64,000 nt of DNA, from contig JAFSOV010000004.1 of NCBI GenBank assembly GCA_017443235.1, forward strand, positions 974 through 64,973. The letters run 5' to 3'. The position numbers were made by a program, and so were the translations under genes. Positions 56,956 through 64,000 of the stretch are shown here, piece after piece. Numbering within the stretch: position 1 is the stretch's first letter; every line of letters begins with the position of its first letter. The stretch comes from Alphaproteobacteria bacterium. GTDB taxonomy: Bacteria > Pseudomonadota > Alphaproteobacteria > Rs-D84. The notes beneath the pieces are model-generated. The model saw only the letters and a list, made by a program, of their open reading frames with translations, did no database searches and was not told the DNA's origin.

Positions 56956-56984
56956 TAGTGATTAGTGTTAGTGGTTAGTGTTAG
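56956..56984. repeat. TAGTG(G/A)T tandem array, copy 3
   Basis: TAGTGAT TAGTGT TAGTGGT TAGTGT TAG, adjacent to a terminator homologous to 24175-24199. Confidence 0.8.
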
Positions 56985-56987
56985 CAC

Positions 56988-57020
56988 AAAAAAACGGATG
57001 CAATCGCATCCGTTTTTTTT
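56988..57020. terminator. bidirectional terminator after proS
   Basis: A7-CGGATGCAATCGCATCCG-T8. Confidence 0.65.
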
Positions 57021-58299
57021 ATTTATGCAGAAGTTTTTGAATTGTCTTTATCGTATCATCAACACATGTTTTAATGTCAAAAGAGTTTGGCATTTTTGAT
57101 GTATCAACATCGTTCACACGATATTTAACTTCTATGGCATTTTTTTCCAAGTTTTTTTGTGAGACGATTAAACGAATTGGCGCAGCAATCAAATCTGCAT
57201 CGGCAAATTTTTCGCCCGCACGTGCATCACGATTATCCAATAAAACCTCAATCCCCGCCGCGTGCAAATCGTTATAGATTTTTTCGGCCAATGCAAAAGT
57301 TTTATTTTCTTTATCGGCCAAACCGATTACTTCGACCGCAAAAGGCGCCGTTTCCATATTCCATACCGGTCCGTTATCGTCCGCACTTTCTTCCAAGATT
57401 GCCGCCATTGTACGACCAACACCGATGCCATAGCAACCCATAATCGGCGTTTTTTCCGTACCATCCGCGGCGGTGTATGTCATATGCATAGATTCCGTAT
57501 ATTTTTTGCCCAATTGGAAAATATTTCCAATTTCTATACCACGAATCTTTTTCATCTTGCCACCGCACTTTGGGCAATTGGTGGAATCGGTATCTTCCAA
57601 TTCTTTGTTTGCGCGGAATCCACAATCACATACATACAGCGTGTCTTCGCCCATTTCATTTACCAATTGGAATTCGTGGGCAACCGCACCACCCATATCC
57701 CCAGTGGACGACATTACGTCAATAAAGTTCTTTAATCCGCAACGACGGAATATTCTGTAATACGCATCGAAACACAATTTGTAATATCGTTCCAAATCTT
57801 CCTGGGTTTCGTGGAAAGAATAACCGTCTTTCATAATAAATTCACGTGTTCTTATTAGCCCCGCACGCACGCGCAATTCATCACGAAACTTGGTTTGAAT
57901 TTGATACAGCATAAACGGCAATTGGCGATATGAACTTATTACCGAGCGCGCATAATCCGTCACAACTTCTTCATGCGTTGGACATATTACATAGTCGGCC
58001 CCGGAACTTCCTTTGAACTTTGCCAAAACCGCCATCGCATCATAGCGCCCCGTTTCATGCCACAGGTCGGCCGTACAAACAACCGGCATCAAGATTTCTT
58101 GGCCGTCAATTTTATCCATTTCATCGCGAATAATGTTTTCAATTTTATGAACAACACGCCATCCAAGTGGGGTCAGCGTATATCCGCCCTGAAAGGTTTG
58201 ATATATATAACCGCCCTTGACCGCGATTTTGTGACCGCGTGTTGTTGCGCCGGCGACATCGCCGATTAAACGCCGAACACATAAATTTTCAATTTTCAT
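57019..58299 (-). CDS. proS: proline--tRNA ligase, short type without editing insertion
   Basis: 426 aa. Class II motifs and a C-terminal anticodon-binding domain. Confidence 0.88.
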   Translation of the reverse strand: MKIENLCVRRLIGDVAGATTRGHKIAVKGGYIYQTFQGGYTLTPLGWRVVHKIENIIRDEMDKIDGQEILMPVVCTADLWHETGRYDAMAVLAKFKGSSGADYVICPTHEEVVTDYARSVISSYRQLPFMLYQIQTKFRDELRVRAGLIRTREFIMKDGYSFHETQEDLERYYKLCFDAYYRIFRRCGLKNFIDVMSSTGDMGGAVAHEFQLVNEMGEDTLYVCDCGFRANKELEDTDSTNCPKCGGKMKKIRGIEIGNIFQLGKKYTESMHMTYTAADGTEKTPIMGCYGIGVGRTMAAILEESADDNGPVWNMETAPFAVEVIGLADKENKTFALAEKIYNDLHAAGIEVLLDNRDARAGEKFADADLIAAPIRLIVSQKNLEKNAIEVKYRVNDVDTSKMPNSFDIKTCVDDTIKTIQKLLHK

Positions 58300-59123
58300 T
58301 TTTTAATATCCTTGGTTTCCATATATTTATTCGAAATTATTTTGTGCATTGTTTCTGCCATTTGTTTCCTGTCCATACCCCCAAGGGGTGGCGGCGGCAA
58401 CATATATACATCTACGCGGAAACCGCCCAAAACCATTACGTGAAATATTTGACCAAACGCACTGCGTTCGCGACTGCATTTTGGGCCCTGGGTCTGTTTT
58501 GCATTATCAAAATATGCAAAGTGTTCCGCCAAATCTTCATCCGCAATTGGCGTGCCATCATGATAACAATAACGCGTCACAACCGGTTGAACCGTGACAT
58601 CGGTGCCTTCGGCAACATTGAACAGACTGCTTTTGAATTCTTTAACATACGCGCCGTTTGTTGTTGTACCTTCGGGAAAGATATACAGTGGATATGTAAT
58701 CTTGGCTATTTCGTCTTGAACCAATTTTAATGCATCCATCGCGTGGGATGGCCGACGGTCAATAAACACGACACCAAACTTATTCGCGATATATCCAACC
58801 AAAGGCCAATTACGGACATCGTTTTTGGAAATAAAACTGCCCCCGAACATTACCGGGAAAGTCGCAATTTCAAACACCGATATGTGATTGCCCGCAACCA
58901 GTAAGGGACGTTTTTTGGAAATTGTTCCGTGTTTTACAATCTTGATACTTGCCAAAATCAGCAAGATTTTCATAAACACCGCCATATATTTCACGGCCAG
59001 GCGCGACCGCGAAGGCAACAAAATTATAATCGGCAATTGCACAACAACCATAATCCAAAACGCCGCAAACCGCAGTGTTCCAGTGATTGTATTAAGAAAA
59101 TTCTGTTTACGAACGTGTGACAT
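58296..59123 (-). CDS. olsA: lysolipid acyltransferase (PlsC/OlsA-like)
   Basis: NHISVFE (HX4D/E-type) and FPEGTT blocks. ATG at 59123, one nt after the upstream stop. Confidence 0.6.
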   Translation of the reverse strand: MSHVRKQNFLNTITGTLRFAAFWIMVVVQLPIIILLPSRSRLAVKYMAVFMKILLILASIKIVKHGTISKKRPLLVAGNHISVFEIATFPVMFGGSFISKNDVRNWPLVGYIANKFGVVFIDRRPSHAMDALKLVQDEIAKITYPLYIFPEGTTTNGAYVKEFKSSLFNVAEGTDVTVQPVVTRYCYHDGTPIADEDLAEHFAYFDNAKQTQGPKCSRERSAFGQIFHVMVLGGFRVDVYMLPPPPLGGMDRKQMAETMHKIISNKYMETKDIKK

Positions 59124-59124
59124 T

Positions 59125-60078
59125 TTAATCCTCGGCCTCGGTTGCGGGTTCATCGATAAATTCCGCATCCGCCGCGTCTTCACGCAGCAAGAATTCAAAG
59201 AACGCGCCCAACATATTCAATGGCCCCGTAATCGGCATCAGCATAATTTTCCCCAACGTCTGCATCGGGTGCGGTTTAACATCCAAATGATCCAACGCAT
59301 TTGCACGACCATAGAAATGTTTTTGATACGCGGCATCCATATTTTTAGACTGCATCATAACAAAGACATCGTACGTGTTAAACGGTTTATCAATAAATAC
59401 GCCCGCCCCGAACGTGGCACCCATACGCAGGTATCCCTTGATAAGTGGTGTCATTTGTTTTTTTGCCATTTCTTCATCAACAAACGCGCGTGGCAAAATA
59501 TTCATTTTCGACATACGCGGGTCCGCACCATCGGCAAAATTTTCCGGTATCACGCGTGCGCGCAGACGCAACGGCGACAAATGATTGTAATACAGGTAAG
59601 ATATCGCCTGGGCCGATTCAACAGGCTTTTGCCCAACCCAAGACGCAACACCGAATAAAACCGCAATACGCCGGCGTAAAACATATTCACTTAACCCCGC
59701 CCACAACATACGCATCACCAACGCGTTTTCACGATATTCGCGTGCGACACAGGCGCGCGACATTTCGGCAATATTGTCCGATGCCTTTTTAATCTTGGAA
59801 ATATTAAATTCTGTTTCGGTATAGAACCCACCCATTTTGTCGGCGGCCTTTTTATCTATGATACGATATGTGCCAACGATTTTTCCGTTATGAAACACCG
59901 CCATATAGTCCGCATATTTATCAAATTCATCGAATTCTTCGTGCAATTCGTGTTGTTCATCCGTGGCGGATGCGCCCTCTTCGGTGACAAAAACGTCATA
60001 GCGCAGATTGCGCACCATACGGCGTTCTTCTTTGTTCCGCGTAAGGCGAACTTCGAAATCACGAACCTTGATAGCCAT
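59125..60078 (-). CDS. olsB: GNAT-fold N-acyltransferase (OlsB/hemolysin-like)
   Basis: 317 aa. Family-like N-terminal region (RLRYDVF-type block LRYDVFVTEEGA) and coupling to an acyltransferase gene. Confidence 0.6.
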   Translation of the reverse strand: MAIKVRDFEVRLTRNKEERRMVRNLRYDVFVTEEGASATDEQHELHEEFDEFDKYADYMAVFHNGKIVGTYRIIDKKAADKMGGFYTETEFNISKIKKASDNIAEMSRACVAREYRENALVMRMLWAGLSEYVLRRRIAVLFGVASWVGQKPVESAQAISYLYYNHLSPLRLRARVIPENFADGADPRMSKMNILPRAFVDEEMAKKQMTPLIKGYLRMGATFGAGVFIDKPFNTYDVFVMMQSKNMDAAYQKHFYGRANALDHLDVKPHPMQTLGKIMLMPITGPLNMLGAFFEFLLREDAADAEFIDEPATEAED

Positions 60079-60150
60079 AGAATAACCCCTTGGTTTTCAA
60101 TAACGTCGCATTAAGAATACCAAACAATGCAAGCCCACGCAATAGTTTTT

Positions 60151-60181
60151 TAGTGGTTAGTGTTAGTGTTAGTGGTTAGTA
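60151..60181. repeat. TAGTG(G)T tandem array, copy 4
   Basis: TAGTGGT TAGTGT TAGTGT TAGTGGT TAGTA. Confidence 0.8.
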
Positions 60182-60210
60182 AAACAATAGCAAACAGCAG
60201 CGTTTTTTTA

Positions 60211-60431
60211 TTGCATTAAAATTACTTTGATGCTAACATTCACTATGTCGGTGGGTGTTCCGCCGATGGGGTGTGAAGACCCCTTTACATGTGGCCCGTA
60301 TGGGCAAAAAACTCCAACCCCAGGGTTGGAGGGATGCGAATAATATAGGGCCCAGCCCATAAAATAAGCACACAATTTGCATGTAAATTGTCTTCAACCT
60401 CCAACCACTCGAATTTTTCGGTGGTTTTTTA
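60211..60431 (+). promoter_or_regulatory. type II (CTCCAACC) leader/sRNA module, copy d
   Basis: TTGCAT-17-TAACAT, hairpin TCGGTGG/CCGCCGA, GGGGT..ACCCC, CTCCAACC-CCA-GGGTTGGAG, then CCTCCAACCAC overlapping the terminator AACCAC..GTGGTT plus T6. Confidence 0.6.
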
Positions 60432-60480
60432 TTCCCCTTCACACCGTGAAGGGGGGGACCACCGGAGGTGGTGGGGTAGT
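60432..60480. repeat. GC-rich double-hairpin module, variant of 41481-41529
   Basis: CCCCTTCACACCGTGAAGGGGGGGACCACCGGAGGTGGTGGGGTAG. The second stem changes from CCGCG/CGCGG to CCACC/GGTGG. Confidence 0.75.
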
Positions 60481-60537
60481 TTTACTTCACTGCGCAACGT
60501 GGGTAAAAAAGAACAAGGAACAAAGGGGAGAATCACA

Positions 60538-61164
60538 ATGCACAAAAAATTATTACTTGGTTTAATCGGCACAATTATCGCGGGACATGCATTTGCCGAA
60601 ACAACAACGCAAACAATTCCAACGCAAAGTTATGTTGATACAAATTTTCAAACCAAAATCCCGGCGGGTTCATTCGGTGAAAACAATAGTGTTGTTACAT
60701 ACGGAGCAAATGCCGGAGAGGCGCAGGAAAGGTTGATATTACATCCTACAAGAACCTATAATGAAACAACAATAACAGCCTTTCTTCGTGGAGGCCTACT
60801 TTTTGAAGACAGCGCACTTATTCGTTCATATAAAGGTCAATTAGGTGCAACAGATGAACAATACAATAATTCATTATTACCCGCGAAGTATATATCAGAT
60901 GCAATTGGCTCGAAGCAATACGCCATCACCCCAGGCACCACAGGCAGTGTTGCGATATTTAATGGTGCAGATTCGCGGGGCGGTTCACAATTTACCGAAC
61001 GTGCGATATATGACGGTTCGACAACGTATGATTCAACGACCGATGCGAATAAACTTATTACCGCCGGTGCCGTTGACAACAAGCAAAACAAAATGACATG
61101 TACGCGGTGGATTGATAATGCCGATGAAACAGATGAAAATTGTTTGTTATGGCAATTAAATTGA
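60538..61164 (+). CDS. secreted protein, YVD-motif family
   Basis: ATG at 60538 with RBS GGGGAG. Signal peptide ending AGHAFA, then PTQSYVDTNFQTKI. C-terminal C..C block. Confidence 0.65.
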   Translation: MHKKLLLGLIGTIIAGHAFAETTTQTIPTQSYVDTNFQTKIPAGSFGENNSVVTYGANAGEAQERLILHPTRTYNETTITAFLRGGLLFEDSALIRSYKGQLGATDEQYNNSLLPAKYISDAIGSKQYAITPGTTGSVAIFNGADSRGGSQFTERAIYDGSTTYDSTTDANKLITAGAVDNKQNKMTCTRWIDNADETDENCLLWQLN

Positions 61165-61247
61165 CGGTCTTAACATTTTTTTAGTGGACTTTCTTGTTAT
61201 ATAATGCTAGCATTTAATTGAATACTAAATTAGATGCGAGATAAAAA

Positions 61248-61550
61248 ATGCTAACAAATCCAGAAAACATTGTTTCTTTAACAGATTTTAAGCGCAATGC
61301 GGCGGATATTGTTCGACGTATAAGGGATGAAAAATTGCCGGCTGTACTGACCGTCAATGGTGCGGCATCTGTGGTGGTGATTGACGCACATGAATATAAC
61401 AGAATCGCACGCGATGCAGAAATGGGTTCCATGATGCGTGGTATCGAAGATGGTTTGAAAAGCATGCAAGAAAATCGTGGTATGCCTTTGGATACCGCGT
61501 TTGAAATGTTGAAACAAGATATACGACTTGCAACAAAACGTCAGGGTTAG
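61248..61550 (+). CDS. Phd/YefM-family antitoxin
   Basis: SLTDFKRNAADIVRRIRDEKLPAVLTVNGAASVVVIDAHEY is typical of the family. Confidence 0.75.
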   Translation: MLTNPENIVSLTDFKRNAADIVRRIRDEKLPAVLTVNGAASVVVIDAHEYNRIARDAEMGSMMRGIEDGLKSMQENRGMPLDTAFEMLKQDIRLATKRQG

Positions 61551-61554
61551 ACCA

Positions 61555-61857
61555 ATGGCAAAAAAATATCCGGTTATAGTGGAAGAACGGGCGTATAACG
61601 ACCTGAGGAATATATTCGTTTACATCGCCAAGGATTCGCCTTTGATTGCAAATCGAATATACACTGAACTTTTGGAACAAATGCAATCTTTGGCGGAATT
61701 TCCAGAACGGCACCAGGTTATTATCATCGTTCGTGAATATGAGATAAGGCACATGGTATTCAAAAAGGGATTCCGCATACTGTATACCATACATGACAAC
61801 GAAGTTCATATTTTACACTGTTTCAGGTCGGAACAAAATCTTGGAAACTTTTTATAA
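61555..61857 (+). CDS. RelE/ParE-family toxin
   Basis: 100 aa from MAKKYP. The pattern FPERHQ...RHMVFKKGFRILYTIHDNEVHILHC is typical of ParE/RelE. Confidence 0.7.
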   Translation: MAKKYPVIVEERAYNDLRNIFVYIAKDSPLIANRIYTELLEQMQSLAEFPERHQVIIIVREYEIRHMVFKKGFRILYTIHDNEVHILHCFRSEQNLGNFL

Positions 61858-61867
61858 TTTTATAAGA

Positions 61868-62899
61868 TTATTTCAATTTATCGGCCAATTCTGCAATCGC
61901 AATCGCATACCAATTTGAATTATTCCATTTTTTAATGCGATAAAAATTTGGATATGTTAAATATGCCGTAATTACCGGACGTGGGGCGACATCGACATCC
62001 GGATTGAAATCATCCGCAGAATTCGCATGCAAATTTGCAACGTCTGCAACAAGGCCCGCCACCATATTGCCCGTTGGGATTGGTCCGCCGTCCGCGTTCA
62101 ACACACCATATTCTGCCCATTCGGTCAATGTCTTTTTGGTTTTACCGTCCAAAAGCGACTTATCAAAATTTGCCGGCAAAACAACGCGCCGCACAATGCG
62201 TTCGTTTTTATTCCACCCCAGTTTATTCAGGTAATTTCCCGCACTGGCCATCGCGTCACCAACACTGTCGATAATATCAACACGACCGTCATCATTGCCG
62301 TCCACGCCGTATGATGCCAATGTTGTTGGTATAAATTGGAAATGCCCCATGGCGCCGGCCCAACTGCCACGAATATTATTGATATCTAATTTATTATCGT
62401 CGGCAATTTTCATCAAAGCCAACAATTGGTCGGTAAAGAATTTTTCGCGCCGCCCATCATAAATCAGTGTAAAGAATGCATCCACCAACCGGTGGCGCGC
62501 CTTCACTTCGCCATAGTTTGATTCCATTCCCCAAAACGCCAAAATAACGTGCGGCGGCAAACCATAAATACTTTCCACCCGATTTAACATCGTTGGATAT
62601 TTTGCGCGCATTTGACGGCCACGCGTAACACGCGTCGAATTTACCGTCCGCGCCAGGTATTCGTCCAACGTCAATTTGAATTCACTTTGATTCTTGTCGC
62701 TTTTCACAATTGACGGAACAAACGCCGGATTGTGCAACGTGGCGTTTATGGTATCCGCCGAAATATTCTTGGCCGCGGCACGCATGCGAATATCGGCAAT
62801 GACGGAATCCCATCGCGTCATATCAAACACACCGGTGTCACAAAACGCCGGTCCACAAACCAAAAAGAACGCGAAAAACGCCGAAACGCGCCGCATCAT
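61868..62899 (-). CDS. mltB: lytic murein transglycosylase (MltB/SLT_2 family)
   Basis: FWGMESNYGE catalytic block and GAMGHFQFIPTT. Confidence 0.8.
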   Translation of the reverse strand: MMRRVSAFFAFFLVCGPAFCDTGVFDMTRWDSVIADIRMRAAAKNISADTINATLHNPAFVPSIVKSDKNQSEFKLTLDEYLARTVNSTRVTRGRQMRAKYPTMLNRVESIYGLPPHVILAFWGMESNYGEVKARHRLVDAFFTLIYDGRREKFFTDQLLALMKIADDNKLDINNIRGSWAGAMGHFQFIPTTLASYGVDGNDDGRVDIIDSVGDAMASAGNYLNKLGWNKNERIVRRVVLPANFDKSLLDGKTKKTLTEWAEYGVLNADGGPIPTGNMVAGLVADVANLHANSADDFNPDVDVAPRPVITAYLTYPNFYRIKKWNNSNWYAIAIAELADKLK

Positions 62900-62909
62900 T
62901 TACCCCCCA

Positions 62910-64000
62910 TTAAAATGCGTACTTGAACCCGATATGCAATCCAAACGATTGCCAAGTTGCCTGTTTCAAAGAATTGCTGATGTGTTCGGTATGCGCGGCA
63001 ACCTGATTTAATTCTGGATACAGAACCGTTTCGCCCGTTATTGGATCTATACCTTCATATACCACCAATTGACCATTTTCGTCATACACGAAATCGGTGT
63101 ATTCGGCGATATACAGTTTTCCCGGAATCTTGCCCACATGGAACAGATTTGTGTCCACCTTTAACGCCAATTGCAAACGCGATGACAACCGCAGGTCATA
63201 TTCCATTTCCGCAGAATAAGAATAAGACCCATTACTGCCTTCGTCCAAGAAACTTGGACTCTGTTGCCAATCGGTACGATTCGGCCAAATGCCTTCGGAT
63301 GAATACTTGGGCAAACCAACCTGGAAATAGAAACGCAATTTATCCGCAAGTGTCATTTGTTTTTCTACCTCTAACCCGAAATAGAAACCACTCCACGTCG
63401 TATTGTAAATGTGCGTCACACCGCCAACCTTAATCGGGCCGTCACCGCCAATAATAACGCAATCGCCTTCGGGTACGCCCCACGGCACAATACCCCAACT
63501 GGGGTCATATTCCATTGTGGTCAACAAGTTTCCATAACCCGTCACATAGCCGCCAATTGCACTGCCGGTGGATTGGTTCACAACCCGCATATCTTCGGGG
63601 CCCATACAAACCTGGTACCAATTACTGGGTGGGGTAACATCGATCGGCATAGAAAAATAATTTCCGTCGGCGTCGCCGTACACATATTCGCCACCACTGG
63701 TCATCAAAGGCAGGTACACACCTTGGTTTGGATACAGGTGGTCGGACATTTTCAAATCATGCTTGAAAATTTCATAACCGATAACCGGTGAAAATTTCCA
63801 CCCGCCAATATCCCACACGTGGTGCGCCCCAAGACCGAAACGCAAATGATGCGAACGCCCGGATTGGTCACCCATAGATATCGTGAAAATTCCATCGTTC
63901 GGCGTATTCCAATCATACGGTTCCAAATCATAATCCATGGACAGACCACCGTGCGACATATCGCCATAGGTGTATTCACCAAACGCAAACAAATCAAAAT
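62910..64000 (-). CDS. outer-membrane beta-barrel protein, partial (5' end beyond the window)
   Basis: The frame is open to the window end. C-terminal HIGFKYAF; aromatic-rich alternating pattern. Confidence 0.6.
   Translation of the reverse strand, partial: FDLFAFGEYTYGDMSHGGLSMDYDLEPYDWNTPNDGIFTISMGDQSGRSHHLRFGLGAHHVWDIGGWKFSPVIGYEIFKHDLKMSDHLYPNQGVYLPLMTSGGEYVYGDADGNYFSMPIDVTPPSNWYQVCMGPEDMRVVNQSTGSAIGGYVTGYGNLLTTMEYDPSWGIVPWGVPEGDCVIIGGDGPIKVGGVTHIYNTTWSGFYFGLEVEKQMTLADKLRFYFQVGLPKYSSEGIWPNRTDWQQSPSFLDEGSNGSYSYSAEMEYDLRLSSRLQLALKVDTNLFHVGKIPGKLYIAEYTDFVYDENGQLVVYEGIDPITGETVLYPELNQVAAHTEHISNSLKQATWQSFGLHIGFKYAF

Overview
Chromosomal segment of a Gram-negative bacterium. It is probably an anaerobic or host-associated alphaproteobacterium; this is inferred from lptE-holA, a coiled-coil gene plus zapA, olsB-olsA, a short ProRS, outer-membrane barrels ending in Phe, and nrdD/nrdG. 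Housekeeping genes recognised: priA, miaA, gap, nrdDG, holA, map, radC, parC, glyQS, lgt, rpmG, a Fe/Mn SOD, ldh and proS. There are five tRNAs: Ser-UGA, Asp-GUC, Glu-UUC, Leu-UAG and Thr-UGU. AT-rich accessory patches interrupt the core. One is a ~7.3-kb island in the 3' end of tRNA-Glu, bounded by a 15-bp direct repeat and carrying a large serine recombinase and a membrane-anchored Mrr-type nuclease. A second is a lysozyme / lipoprotein / lysozyme locus with an in-frame TAG. A third is a 2.9-kb secreted-protein/protease cassette flanked by a duplicated terminator. The most unusual content is non-coding. (1) A four-copy module of promoter, ~190-nt structured leader and terminator is built around competing CTCCAACC/GGTTGGAG pairings and sits in front of unrelated genes. 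(2) A two-copy ~200-nt leader has compensatory long-range helices and a terminator/antiterminator layout. (3) Four TAGTG(G)T tandem arrays place stop codons in all six frames, and two of them supply a gene's own stop codon. (4) Fields of nested GC-rich palindromes show compensatory stem changes. I recognise none of these as a named RNA or repeat family. Three paralogous secreted proteins with a shared YVD N-terminal motif lie behind such elements. No rRNA and no CRISPR array were seen.
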